Assembly: GCA_029263355.1 (NCBI GenBank)
Contig: JAJCXQ010000499.1
Span: 1 to 59,082, forward strand
Reading direction: 5' to 3'
From: Acidobacteriota bacterium
GTDB taxonomy: Bacteria; Acidobacteriota; Thermoanaerobaculia; Multivoradales; J023
Length of the DNA: 59,082 nt
The notes below the pieces were generated by a model. That model was not told the DNA's origin, ran no database searches, and worked only from the letters and a program-made list of their open reading frames with translations. The translations under genes were made by a program, and so were the position numbers. Positions within the stretch are counted from its first letter, which is position 1; the number at the start of each line of letters is the position of its first letter. Positions 14,741 to 24,099 of this stretch are shown here, piece by piece.

Positions 14741-16394
14741 GACATTGGACCAGGGTGCTGCAATGCGCCAGGGTGCTGCAATGCGAAAGGCCTCGAGGCA
14801 AGTAACTTCGAGCGGCTGGATGAGCTGGGGGTCGATGGCAGTCCTCACGGCGCTGTTGTTGCTGCCGGTGACCGCCGAGGCCGCTCCCAGAGACAAACAA
14901 ACAAAAGATTCGAAGGCGTCGAGCTCATCGAGTAGCTCGAAGTCGTCTTCGGCTCGGTCTTCTAGTGGATCACGGTCGAGTGGATCTCGGTCCAGCGGGG
15001 CTCGGTCTTCCAGCGGTTCACGGTCCTCCTCCAAGGCGACCGGGTCGAGTCGGCCGCGAACAAGCAGTCGTTCCGGCTCTGGATCGAGCCGACCGCGGGC
15101 CAGCTCAGGCTCAGGGTCGAAATCTCAGCCGCGGGCCAACCGCTCAGACGCGAGACCGGTCAGTCGCTCCGCCCCGGGTCTTCGCACCCGCTCACGTAGT
15201 GAGGGACCCCAGAGCCATTCCGCACCGGGCCTGCGAACCCAGAATCGACGGGTCCAGCCGAAACCGCGGACTCGGCAGCCAGCGCCAGGTCTGCCAGCGC
15301 CGCAACTGCGCACCCCAGCGCGTACGGACCGCCCAACCATGAATGCAGCCCCCGGCGTGCGCACCGGTCCCCGGACCGATCGGCCGGTCAGCCACAAGGC
15401 CCCTGGAGTCCGGTCCGACGAGCGGTGGTCGGCGGATCTTCGAAATCGCCGAGATATCAAGACGCCTGACTCGACAAGTTATGGCCCTGGCCCGCACAAC
15501 ACTGTGACTCCCGGGAGAGACCACAACCGTCGCCACCGGCCCCGGGGCTATGGTTATGGGAGCTACCGGCGTCACCACCATTATTATGGTTGCGGCCACT
15601 ATGGTTACGGGCACTACGATCCGTATTATTACGACCATCACCATAGCTACTATGGGCATTACTCGCCCTTCAGCGCCTTCTTCTTTGGCGGCCTCGGCTA
15701 CAATCGATATGCACCCGATATCTATATTTCAGGTGGCGGCGGTAGTGTGTCGCGGCAAGAGGCCGAAATGGGCGCCCTCGACCTCGACATCAAGCCCCGG
15801 CAAGCAGAGGTCTACCTCGATGGCCAGTTCATTGGGACCGTTGACCAATACGATGGTTATCCGACCTACTTGTGGCTCGAAGAAGGAACCTACGAAGTAG
15901 CTCTGTATCTGCCGGGACACGAGACCATCTTCCGGCAGTACACGATTTATCCTGGAGTGATCATCGATGTCGATGATCGTATGCGTGAAGGATCGGCGAT
16001 CCGTCCGGACGCCCCTGAGCCTTCCTCCGGCTACGGAGCCTATCCAGAAGAGACCTATCCGCAAGACGCCTACCCTTCTCCTGAGACCTACTCACAGCAG
16101 ACCTTGCCCCAAGAGACGGTGCCGCAGACCGGGCCTTCGAACCAGAGTCCGTCGAACCAGAGCCAGGTCGGCCGCGTGGCCATCCAGGGTTCGCCAGCGG
16201 ACGCCGTCGTTTACCTCGATGGACATTTTGTAGGCACCGCTGCTGAGATCTCGAGTCTCGCCGCCGGGCTGATCGTCGAGCCGGGAGATCACGTCATCGA
16301 GTTGGTCCGGCCGGGTTATGAGACCCAGCGTGTGCCGGTCTCGATTCCGGTCGGCGAACGGATCGACCTACGGCTGGATCTGAGTCAGCAGTAG
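14712..16394 (+). CDS. secreted low-complexity protein with two PEGA domains
   Basis: A signal-like segment is MSWGSMAVLTALLLLPVTAEA. The PEGA domains are LDIKPRQAEVYLDGQFIGTV...YEVALYLPGHETIFRQYTIYPG and VAIQGSPADAVVYLDGHFVGTA...HVIELVRPGYETQRVPVSIP. The start is uncertain: 14712 overlaps the upstream gene, and in-frame ATGs exist at 14763 and 14781. Confidence 0.75.
   Translation: MYRARKRDNRTLDQGAAMRQGAAMRKASRQVTSSGWMSWGSMAVLTALLLLPVTAEAAPRDKQTKDSKASSSSSSSKSSSARSSSGSRSSGSRSSGARSSSGSRSSSKATGSSRPRTSSRSGSGSSRPRASSGSGSKSQPRANRSDARPVSRSAPGLRTRSRSEGPQSHSAPGLRTQNRRVQPKPRTRQPAPGLPAPQLRTPARTDRPTMNAAPGVRTGPRTDRPVSHKAPGVRSDERWSADLRNRRDIKTPDSTSYGPGPHNTVTPGRDHNRRHRPRGYGYGSYRRHHHYYGCGHYGYGHYDPYYYDHHHSYYGHYSPFSAFFFGGLGYNRYAPDIYISGGGGSVSRQEAEMGALDLDIKPRQAEVYLDGQFIGTVDQYDGYPTYLWLEEGTYEVALYLPGHETIFRQYTIYPGVIIDVDDRMREGSAIRPDAPEPSSGYGAYPEETYPQDAYPSPETYSQQTLPQETVPQTGPSNQSPSNQSQVGRVAIQGSPADAVVYLDGHFVGTAAEISSLAAGLIVEPGDHVIELVRPGYETQRVPVSIPVGERIDLRLDLSQQ
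14751..14786. repeat. 18-bp tandem duplication (cagggtgctgcaatgcg[c/a] x2) at the 5' end of the PEGA gene
   Basis: Units lie at 14751-14768 and 14769-14786 and are 17/18 identical. They encode QGAAMR-QGAAMR, each with an in-frame ATG. Confidence 0.9.
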
Positions 16395-16416
16395 GCCAGC
16401 CCGAAGTTGCCAGCAG

Positions 16417-16452
16417 GGCAGCAACCAGAGCATTGGCAGCAACCAGAGCATT
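16417..16452. repeat. perfect 18-bp tandem duplication (ggcagcaaccagagcatt x2) in a convergent intergenic region
   Basis: Units lie at 16417-16434 and 16435-16452, 23 nt after the PEGA gene stop. Confidence 0.9.
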
Positions 16453-16455
16453 GGC

Positions 16456-16491
16456 GGGCCGCGTCCGAGATCAGGTCTCGACGCGCGGCCC
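16456..16491. terminator. GC-rich hairpin between convergent genes (possible terminator, no clear U-tract)
   Basis: The structure is gggccgcg-tc-cgaga-tcagg-tctcg-acg-cgcggccc, with outer 8-bp and inner 5-bp perfect arms. Confidence 0.35.
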
Positions 16492-16542
16492 GGTGACTGG
16501 TTTAATGCAGCAGTTTTAGTGCAACACGTTCAGAGCAACACG

Positions 16543-17520
16543 TCAGGGGAGCAGGTCGTCGAACGCTTGTTGAGCGCGAAGCGATGCGGCGATAGCCTCT
16601 TCGAAGCGACTATCTGAGACGCTAGGCAAGTTGGGGTCCGACACCAGAGCTCGTGTCTGGCTGAGAGCTCGCTCGAGATCCTGGATCGCCAACAGCAGCC
16701 GACCATCGGCCCTAGCGCCCGGACGTGTCGGCAATCGGCTTTCGAGGCTGGCGAGTTGTTGACTCCAGTCCGCTGTGAAGGTCTTCCAGCGTTCGTCAGC
16801 ACTGCCCTCCTCGGCGCTTGCCAAGTTTGGATCGTTCAGGGTCTGCGCTTCGATCAATCCGGTGTCGATTACAGACCGCAGGCTGGAAGCGATCTCGCTA
16901 TAGTCGGCAGCCGAGGCCGACTCAGTCTGAGGCGCTTGGGACGGGTCGAAAAACCAGTCGGCCGACTCCAAACGCTGCTTGCGAAGGCGCAACCACTGGC
17001 CACGGACGCGCTCGATATCGGTTTCGGCGACTTGGTCGAGAGGCACCCCTTGCCCCATCCGTGCGATCAGATCCGCGGTCTCCAAGCCGCGTGTCGGTTC
17101 AGCATCCAGGATCCGAGCACTGAGATCACTCGCTGCCGCCGAGATGTCCGAGCTGACAACTAAAAGCTCTTCCCGCGCATCGATGGGAGTCTCGAAGAGA
17201 GCGGTCTCGAGGTTCTCGATCGGACGCCTAAAGGGTTCGGGGTCGAGCTTCTCGATGCGAGCCTCCGGCAAGGAAGCCACGCCGAGGTCAACTGAGTTTC
17301 GAGGGGTGCTGCTCGGCCCGAAGATGTACAGGAGGATGAAAGCCATTCCCAAGAGGCACAACAGGATCAGGACGAGCTGGGGTGATCGTTTAGGTATCGC
17401 CTTGGCAGCCTCCCGCAGACAGCGGGTACAGCCTGTGCTCATCTCCGGATCGTAATGGAGTCCGTGAATCTTGCATTTCACCATCCGTTGCCGGCGTTCT
17501 GACCAGCTTGTGTCTACCAT
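16543..17520 (-). CDS. hypothetical membrane-anchored protein with an N-terminal zinc-ribbon-like motif
   Basis: The N-terminus has CKIHGLHYDPEMSTGCTRC (C-x-x-H...C-x-x-C). A TM segment follows (LVLILLCLLGMAFILLYIF), then a helical Ala/Glu/Leu-rich domain of ~250 aa. I recognise no family. Confidence 0.55.
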   Translation of the reverse strand: MVDTSWSERRQRMVKCKIHGLHYDPEMSTGCTRCLREAAKAIPKRSPQLVLILLCLLGMAFILLYIFGPSSTPRNSVDLGVASLPEARIEKLDPEPFRRPIENLETALFETPIDAREELLVVSSDISAAASDLSARILDAEPTRGLETADLIARMGQGVPLDQVAETDIERVRGQWLRLRKQRLESADWFFDPSQAPQTESASAADYSEIASSLRSVIDTGLIEAQTLNDPNLASAEEGSADERWKTFTADWSQQLASLESRLPTRPGARADGRLLLAIQDLERALSQTRALVSDPNLPSVSDSRFEEAIAASLRAQQAFDDLLP

Positions 17521-17637
17521 GGCTCGCTCGCAATTCTGTCCGTTTGAGGCTTCGTCGATTCGCGGCGGAGCTCTTTTCGAAGAGTCCGGTCGCTTCGATT
17601 ATACGCGGTCCCTCATAGGCTTCGTGTGAATCACTGA

Positions 17638-18360
17638 CTAGAAGGGCGCGATACGAACGCTGAGCTGTTGCCAGCGGGTGGATGCCAGCTCAACAGCGAG
17701 GTCAGTATCGCTTGCATAAACTCGCTGCGGAATACGTCGACAGGCGACGTTCAACGTCGTGGTTCCAGCCAAGGGAAACGGGTCAATGAGGAGCGTGGCG
17801 CCCGTTGAACCGTCATCGGTCCGCAGCTGGGCGCGATAACCCTCGGTCTCGAACTCGTCAGTCCAACGGTTGCACGCGGTCAGTGACAAGCTATCGGTGA
17901 GTTGAATCCAGCGGTAGTCGAGAGCGATCATCTCGGTGTCGAAACCGTGCTCTTCGATCATGTCTGCTTCGAGCTGGCGCCATTCTTCGAGGATGTTGGC
18001 CCAGGCTGCATCGACGAGGTGGGAACGATGAAGGTGGAGTGCATGGCGGACGATCAACGTCGTTGCGTACGGCTCGGTCTTTCGGTAACGGGTCGTGCCC
18101 CGGCGCCAGATTTCCCACCGAGTCGCTGTCGGCACCGTCATGAAATCATGAGGTTGACCGTCTTTAGCCCGGACCATCGGTGCAGAATCGATTTCGCGCC
18201 AACCGTTGTCGTGCTCCAACGCAGCTACTAGCAGCTCACGTCGGCGCGGATGCTTCGGAAGCCCCTCGGTGCGCCAGAGCGAGAGCATTTCCCGGGCAAA
18301 ATGGGCATGGTCGTGCTGGGTGACGAAAAATAGATGGTCCTGGTCGGGGGCGATGATCAT
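17638..18360 (-). CDS. DUF3891-like protein (His-rich N-terminal motif)
   Basis: Motifs are FFVTQHDHAHFAREM and ALEHDNGWRE. The family is assigned from memory of this pattern only. Confidence 0.5.
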   Translation of the reverse strand: MIIAPDQDHLFFVTQHDHAHFAREMLSLWRTEGLPKHPRRRELLVAALEHDNGWREIDSAPMVRAKDGQPHDFMTVPTATRWEIWRRGTTRYRKTEPYATTLIVRHALHLHRSHLVDAAWANILEEWRQLEADMIEEHGFDTEMIALDYRWIQLTDSLSLTACNRWTDEFETEGYRAQLRTDDGSTGATLLIDPFPLAGTTTLNVACRRIPQRVYASDTDLAVELASTRWQQLSVRIAPF

Positions 18361-18413
18361 GTGATGATGCCTATGGTGCCAGTAGAAAGATGCGGTGACG
18401 GGTCGGGTACACT

Positions 18414-20714
18414 ATGACAATGGACAACAAATTCGACAAAGAAGCTCTCGAGTATCACTCCGAAGGGCGTAAGGGAAAACTCGAGGTCGTGCCGACCAAG
18501 CCGACCTCGACCCAGCGTGATCTATCGCTAGCATACTCGCCCGGGGTGGCGGCGCCTTGCCTCGAAATCGAGAGAGACCCACTCCTCGCCTACGAATATA
18601 CCGCGCGAGGCAACCTGGTTGCGGTCATCTCCAACGGCACTGCGGTGCTAGGGCTAGGCGACATCGGACCGCTCGCCAGTAAGCCAGTGATGGAAGGCAA
18701 GGCTGTTTTGTTCAAACGCTTTGCCGATATCGACGTTTTCGATCTGGAGATCGACGCCAAAGATCCCGATGAGTTCATCCGCACAGTTGCACGTCTCGAG
18801 CCAAGCTTCGGTGGCATCAACTTGGAAGACATCAAGGGACCGGAGTGCTTCGAGATCGAAACCCGGCTCAAGAAGATGATGAAGATTCCGGTCTTCCACG
18901 ACGATCAGCATGGAACCGCGATCATCTCTGCGGCAGCTTTGCTCAACGCGCTAGACGTTGCGGACAAGAAGATCGCGGAGATCAAGGTTGTCATTTCGGG
19001 CGCTGGCGCCGCCGCCATCGCGAGCCTTCAGCTTTATGTCGAGCTCGGTGTTCTGGCGGAGAACATCATTCTCTGTGACAGCAAAGGTGTCATCTTCAAA
19101 GGGCGAACAGAGCGCATGGATCCGTTGAAGGAGCGCTTCGCCGCGGCGACCGAGGCGCGTACCCTGGCTGATGCGATGGTGGGTGCGGATGTCTTGATCG
19201 GGCTCTCGATAGGGGGCGTGGTGAAAGCCGAGATGCTGCACTCCATGGCGCCCAATCCGATCGTCTTCGCGTTGGCCAACCCAAATCCCGAGATCGGCTA
19301 TGACGAAGCGAAACAAGCGCGGTCGGACGTCATTATGGCGACTGGCCGCAGCGACTATCCCAATCAGGTCAACAATGTTCTGGGGTTTCCGTTCATCTTC
19401 CGTGGCGCCCTCGATGTCCGGGCGACCGACATCAATCTGAGTATGAAACTCGCTGCGGTCAAAGCCCTGGCGGATTTGGCGCGAGAGGATGTCCCAGATT
19501 CGGTACTCAAAGCCTATGGCATCGAGTCGCTGAAGTTTGGTGCCGAGTACCTGATTCCGAAACCGTTCGATCACCGAGTACTGCTGCGAGTGGCGCCCGC
19601 GGTCGCTGGCGCCGCCATCGAAAGCGGCGTCGCACGAGTGCCGATCGACGATTTCGAAGCTTACCGTCGCCGGTTGGAGACGTTGATCTCACGGCGGTTC
19701 GAGCTCATGCGCGGCATTATCGATCGAGCCAGGAACCATTCCAAACGGGTGGTGTTCCCCGAGGGTGAGCACGACAAGATCCTGCGTGCCGCCAAGATCC
19801 TGGTTGATCGCAACATCGCTCACCCGGTTTTGCTGGCGAGGCGGGCAATGATCATCGACAAGCTGCGGGAGCTCGATCTGCCGGAAGACCAGGTCACGAT
19901 CATTCACAACGACAGTCCTGAGAGCGCGGAAGACTTCGAACGTTACGCCGCGGAGATGCATCGTCGTCGTCGCCGTGACGGGGTGACCTTGGAGGATGCC
20001 CGCAAGCTGATGCGGTCGCGAAACTACTTCGGCACCATGATGGTCGAGCTCGGTGACGCCGACGGTTTGATCTCGGGTTTGACACAGGAGTACGCCGAAA
20101 CGATTCGGCCAGCGTTGCAGGTGCTGGGTTTGCGTCGCGAGGTTCAGCAAGTCTCTGGTGCCTACATTCTGGTCTTCAAAGAGAGAATCCTCTTCCTGGC
20201 GGACACCACCGTAAACATTGATCCTTCAGCGGAGGAGCTCGCTGAGATCGCAATTCTGACCGCCAACTTTGCGCGACGATTCGGCATCAAGCCGCGAGTG
20301 GCGATGTTGTCGTTTTCGAATTTCGGCTCGAACCATCACCCAGCCGCGCGCAAGATGCGCCGGGCCGTCGAGATTGCGAGCGAGCGCGAGCCGGAGTTGA
20401 TCATTGATGGCGAGATGCAGGCAGACACCGCAGTTCTAGGGTCGATTCTCGAAGAGTCCTACCCCTGGAGCCGACTCCAGGAGTCCGCCAACGTTTTGAT
20501 CTTCCCCGAACTGCAATCCGCCAACATTGCCTACAAGCTGCTTTGGCGGCTGGCGGACGTGGAAGCGATCGGTCCGGTTTTGTTGGGTATGAAAAAGCCG
20601 GTCCACGTGTTGCAGCGTGGCGTCGAGGTTACCGACATCGTCAACATGTCTGCGATCTGTGTCGTCGATGCATTGGAGCAAGAGCACGACGCAGGTAAAA
20701 CGGTGCGTCCATGA
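18414..20714 (+). CDS. maeB: NADP-dependent malic enzyme (malic enzyme domain plus phosphate acetyltransferase-like domain)
   Basis: The N-terminal half has [37 protein letters not shown] and [11 protein letters not shown]. The C-terminal ~330 aa are PTA-like ([10 protein letters not shown]..., ANIAYKLL). The 766-aa length matches MaeB architecture. Confidence 0.9.
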   Translation: MTMDNKFDKEALEYHSEGRKGKLEVVPTKPTSTQRDLSLAYSPGVAAPCLEIERDPLLAYEYTARGNLVAVISNGTAVLGLGDIGPLASKPVMEGKAVLFKRFADIDVFDLEIDAKDPDEFIRTVARLEPSFGGINLEDIKGPECFEIETRLKKMMKIPVFHDDQHGTAIISAAALLNALDVADKKIAEIKVVISGAGAAAIASLQLYVELGVLAENIILCDSKGVIFKGRTERMDPLKERFAAATEARTLADAMVGADVLIGLSIGGVVKAEMLHSMAPNPIVFALANPNPEIGYDEAKQARSDVIMATGRSDYPNQVNNVLGFPFIFRGALDVRATDINLSMKLAAVKALADLAREDVPDSVLKAYGIESLKFGAEYLIPKPFDHRVLLRVAPAVAGAAIESGVARVPIDDFEAYRRRLETLISRRFELMRGIIDRARNHSKRVVFPEGEHDKILRAAKILVDRNIAHPVLLARRAMIIDKLRELDLPEDQVTIIHNDSPESAEDFERYAAEMHRRRRRDGVTLEDARKLMRSRNYFGTMMVELGDADGLISGLTQEYAETIRPALQVLGLRREVQQVSGAYILVFKERILFLADTTVNIDPSAEELAEIAILTANFARRFGIKPRVAMLSFSNFGSNHHPAARKMRRAVEIASEREPELIIDGEMQADTAVLGSILEESYPWSRLQESANVLIFPELQSANIAYKLLWRLADVEAIGPVLLGMKKPVHVLQRGVEVTDIVNMSAICVVDALEQEHDAGKTVRP

Positions 20715-20745
20715 CGGTGCGATGAGCTAACCTCCTGGGCAAATT

Positions 20746-20791
20746 GCCATGCTTGGGGCATAGGGCTTTGCCGCCCGATGCCAAGCATGGC
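20746..20791. terminator. long hairpin just downstream of maeB (possible terminator or processing site)
   Basis: The arm gccatgcttgg (20746-20756) pairs with ccaagcatggc (20781-20791), 11 bp perfect. The stem extends through ggcat/atgcc with a 2-nt bulge. There is no U-tract. Confidence 0.4.
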
Positions 20792-21000
20792 TACAATAGA
20801 GGTAGATTCTTGTTCGGATCGACTTGGTGCCCTTCAGAAGTCACTGATTTTGCCAAGACTGTGATCTCGCAAAGAACGCGATGTCGCCGGACGCGACTAC
20901 ACCAAGATTTGGTTGGCCACCAGTCGATACGCCAAGGGAGCGCGGTTGCCCTTTAGGGGTCGCCACAATGTCTGATTTCACTCTAAAGAGGAGCTCAAAT

Positions 21001-21918
21001 ATGCGGATCATAGTGAAAACGCTCGTACTAGCCCTTCTGCTGACTCTGGTCTTGCCGTTCCAGGCGGCGGCGGAAACCGGCGGCTTGCGATACACCATCG
21101 GTGTAACGAAGTTCGAGAACCGTGCAGGTTGGCGCGGACAATGGGATATCGGCGATGCTTGGGGAACGGTTCTTACCGACCTCCTCAACAACAGCGGTAA
21201 GTTCATCGTCCTAGCCGAGAGCGATATGCGTGGCGCAGCGCTCTCTGAGCAAGACCTGGGGCAGTCGGGACGCACAGCCGGAGGCGGCAAGACGCCGGTC
21301 GTCGGTCAATTGACGCCAGCGCAGATCTTGGTCAAAGGTGCAATTACCCATGTGCAGCACAACACCAGTGGCGGCGGCGGTGGCATTCGCGTCAAGGGCA
21401 TCAAGCTCGGTGGAAAGAAAGGCAAGTCGGAAATCAACGTCACGATCTACATGGTCGATTCGACCACTGGCCAAGTATTAGCCTCCAAGAGTGTTGTCGG
21501 CACCGCAAAGCAGAAGGGCGCCCTCGTCGGCTACAGCAGCTACGATTGGGGAGCTTCTTTCGGTGGACAGAAGAACGACAACCTGGGTTTGGCCGTTGCC
21601 GACGCCAGTCAGCAAGCGGTTGATTTCATGATTGGCCAGCTCGAGAACGTGCCGTGGAGCGGCAGCGTCATAATGGTCAAGAGCGGTAAGGTCTACGTCA
21701 ATCGCGGCACCCGCGAGGGCGTCACTTCGGGGCAGCAGTTCGTGGTTGGCACCAAAGAAGTGATCCGCGACCCGGACACCGGTGAGGTGCTCGACGAGAG
21801 CGTCAGCGAGGTGGCTCGGTTGCAAGTGGACACAGTCAAAGAGAAGCTCTCGATCTGCTCGGTGACTTCGGGTAGCGTCGGTGCGGTCCGCAAAGGCCAT
21901 GGGGTACAGCTCCCCTGA
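21001..21918 (+). CDS. CsgG/HfaB-family lipoprotein-like protein
   Basis: I use the ATG at 21001 (RBS aggag at 20989-20993) rather than the track start at 20881. The signal peptide is MRIIVKTLVLALLLTLVLPFQAAA. The CsgG-like core is TIGVTKFENRAGWRGQWDIGDAWGTVLTDLLNNSGKFIVLAESDM. Confidence 0.7.
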   Translation: MRIIVKTLVLALLLTLVLPFQAAAETGGLRYTIGVTKFENRAGWRGQWDIGDAWGTVLTDLLNNSGKFIVLAESDMRGAALSEQDLGQSGRTAGGGKTPVVGQLTPAQILVKGAITHVQHNTSGGGGGIRVKGIKLGGKKGKSEINVTIYMVDSTTGQVLASKSVVGTAKQKGALVGYSSYDWGASFGGQKNDNLGLAVADASQQAVDFMIGQLENVPWSGSVIMVKSGKVYVNRGTREGVTSGQQFVVGTKEVIRDPDTGEVLDESVSEVARLQVDTVKEKLSICSVTSGSVGAVRKGHGVQLP

Positions 21919-21943
21919 CCAGCGGAGGTTGATTCCAGACAGC

Positions 21944-21972
21944 AAAAAGCCCGGCTCACTGCCGGGCTTTTC
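21944..21972. terminator. bidirectional intrinsic terminator between convergent genes
   Basis: The sequence is aaaaa-agcccggc-tcact-gccgggct-tttc. It has an 8-bp perfect GC-rich stem, an A-tract on the 5' side and a T-tract on the 3' side. Confidence 0.7.
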
Positions 21973-22000
21973 TGTTCTCAGCTCGCGCCAACAGCGACTG

Positions 22001-23941
22001 CTAACGGTCGCGGAACTCGACGGCAAGCGTGTGCCAGAATTTGACCGGTACACCGTCCTTCTTCGCCGGCTCATAGGTCGATTTGCGGGCCGCTGTCATC
22101 GCCTCGTCGTCGAAGCCGTAGCCTTGCTCTTTACCGGCAAGCTCGGCTTTGATCACTCTGCCGTTCTCGTCGATCAGCACTCGGATCGTGACTTTGGCCT
22201 CTTTCTTGTTGAGGCGCTTGGCCATGATCGGAAAGCGCGGCACCGGGCGCCGTACCAACTGCGGCGGCGTGACGCCGGGTCCCATCTGAACCAAGTCGCC
22301 GCGCCGGACCTGAGTCACGGCCGCCGGCTTCGGTGGCGGCACGACGGCTTCAGCGGCGGGGGGTGGTGACACTTCGGCCACTTTAGGAGTCTCTTCGGCT
22401 AGCTTTTCTTCGGCCGCCGCCGCTGCGGCTTCTTCCTCGGCGAGTTGGGCTGCTGCCGCTTCGGCCTCACGGGCGACTTTGTCGGCGAGCGCTTGCGCCT
22501 CAGCCTCCTCGCGCTCGCGCCGCCTCGTTTCGGAATCCTGTTTAGCGGATTCCAGCTGTTTCTGGAGGTCGCCTAACTGCTGGTCATACTGCTTGCGGAG
22601 CTGCTCCTCCATCTCGCTGGCTCGCTGGCCGATCAAGTCGCGAATCTGGTCGTTGATCTCTTCGGGAGTTGGCCCGGCCGGAATCTCTTCCTCAGGCTCT
22701 TCGAGCTCGATGGGTGTCGGCACCACGGGTTGTGCTGCCACCTGTGTCGGTGGTTGCGAAGCGGGCTTGGCTTGCTGAGTTTGCCACAGATAGTAGCCAC
22801 CACCCAGCAGTAAGACGAGCAGCGCGGCGAGGGCTGCAAAGAGCCCCGCCTTCGATTTCTTGGGAGCCGATACCGTGGCAGAAGGCTCTAGGACGTCTGT
22901 GCCCTCGTGCACGCCGGTGGCCTCGACAACCGGTGGAGCAACAACTGCAGGTGCTGCAACTTCGGGCTCGGCTGGAGCCTGTGGCTGCACGACCGGCAAA
23001 GGCAACGTCTTCTCGACCTCGAGTTCTTGGCTCTCCCGCTCGATCTCTTGCCGGAAGAGATTGTGCATGAAGAACGCGAGGTTGAACGTTGTCGGGTTGT
23101 ACTGGCCATCGAACATCCATTTGTTCAACGTCTTGTGCCACGTCACGATGTCTTCGATGCGATGCTCTCGGGCAACGAGACTACGCTTGAGCAAGTCTCC
23201 GAGTTCGGGCGGTATCGGCGTACCCTCGGTCGCGACGGTGCTCTGGTCGATGACCGTTCCGAAGCCATCCGGCGCTGGAGGGGGAAGTGGCTTGCCGGTC
23301 AACAGCTCGAGAAGCAGAACCCCCAAGGAGTAAATGTCGTCGGAGCGATGGGGCGGGGCTCCACTCAGCGCTTCGGGGGCAAGATAACGACCGAAATGTT
23401 GCCGTATGACCGGATTGGCTGCGAATGACCGTAGGCCTGGCGCCATCTCGAAACCCAGCAGGCGCGTCTCTCCCTCGTTCGAGATCATTACCAGGTGCGG
23501 TATCAAGAATCCATGCAGGATGCGCTCGTTGCCGAGCCGATTCTCGCTCGCAGATGCCAGTCCCAAAGCTATCCGCTCGGTGATCAACAGAGCGTGTTCT
23601 GCTGGGATGAAGTTTCTCTTGGCCGCAGCCTGCTCGAGCAGTGTGGCTAGATTTTTACCCGAGATGTAGTCGTAAGCGACGTAGGGGATGCCCTGGACTT
23701 CTCCCATCTCGATGCCTTCACCGAGATTGGGGCTGCGCAGCAGAGATTGGATCTCGACACGGCCACCAACCGAATTCCATAGGCGCTGGCCATCGATCCC
23801 CTGGCCGTTCATCACCCGCAGCAGAGCAACCCGCTCCATGCCATTGTTGCCCAACATGCCCGAGCGGAAGGTCTCACCTAACGGATCCTCGGTGAGCTTC
23901 TTCAGCAGCAGATACTTGCCGAATTGTTCTCGCGTATTCAT
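22001..23941 (-). CDS. pseudokinase (degenerate Ser/Thr kinase fold) fused to a coiled coil, a Pro-rich linker and a TonB C-terminal domain
   Basis: The start is taken at ATG 23941 (GGAG 5 nt upstream). The kinase-like fold lacks catalytic residues: VALLRV replaces VAIK, HGFLIPHLV replaces HRDLKPxN, and GFE replaces DFG. The TM segment is GLFAALAALLVLLLGGGYYLW. The TonB_C domain is PVPRFPIMAKRLNKKEAKVTIRVLIDENGRVIKAEL...YEPAKKDGVPVKFW. Confidence 0.75.
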   Translation of the reverse strand: MNTREQFGKYLLLKKLTEDPLGETFRSGMLGNNGMERVALLRVMNGQGIDGQRLWNSVGGRVEIQSLLRSPNLGEGIEMGEVQGIPYVAYDYISGKNLATLLEQAAAKRNFIPAEHALLITERIALGLASASENRLGNERILHGFLIPHLVMISNEGETRLLGFEMAPGLRSFAANPVIRQHFGRYLAPEALSGAPPHRSDDIYSLGVLLLELLTGKPLPPPAPDGFGTVIDQSTVATEGTPIPPELGDLLKRSLVAREHRIEDIVTWHKTLNKWMFDGQYNPTTFNLAFFMHNLFRQEIERESQELEVEKTLPLPVVQPQAPAEPEVAAPAVVAPPVVEATGVHEGTDVLEPSATVSAPKKSKAGLFAALAALLVLLLGGGYYLWQTQQAKPASQPPTQVAAQPVVPTPIELEEPEEEIPAGPTPEEINDQIRDLIGQRASEMEEQLRKQYDQQLGDLQKQLESAKQDSETRRREREEAEAQALADKVAREAEAAAAQLAEEEAAAAAAEEKLAEETPKVAEVSPPPAAEAVVPPPKPAAVTQVRRGDLVQMGPGVTPPQLVRRPVPRFPIMAKRLNKKEAKVTIRVLIDENGRVIKAELAGKEQGYGFDDEAMTAARKSTYEPAKKDGVPVKFWHTLAVEFRDR

Positions 23942-24099
23942 GGCGGCTCCGAATCTCACATGTGCAGCGGGTTGATCTTTCCCTGGAACTGGCACTCCTC
24001 ACCAGTTCGAAGGCGACTGAGTCGCGCAAATTTTGGACCCTCGATTGTACTCCGAAACTCTTGAAACGCCAGCTCCTTCGGAGGATTTCACTGGCCTTT

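Noticed and set aside
18951-19574. 207-aa ORF antisense to maeB, and similar shadow ORFs at 8212-8814, 4796-5536, 53139-53822, 55950-56690 and 52527-53138
   Set aside because: All lie opposite, or out of frame with, genes that have strong family signatures. Their composition is typical of non-coding frames in GC-rich DNA.
20881-21000. Upstream extension of the CsgG-like ORF (track start 20881)
   Set aside because: The extension lacks signal-peptide character. The ATG at 21001 has a good RBS and begins a canonical signal peptide, so the shorter model is preferred.
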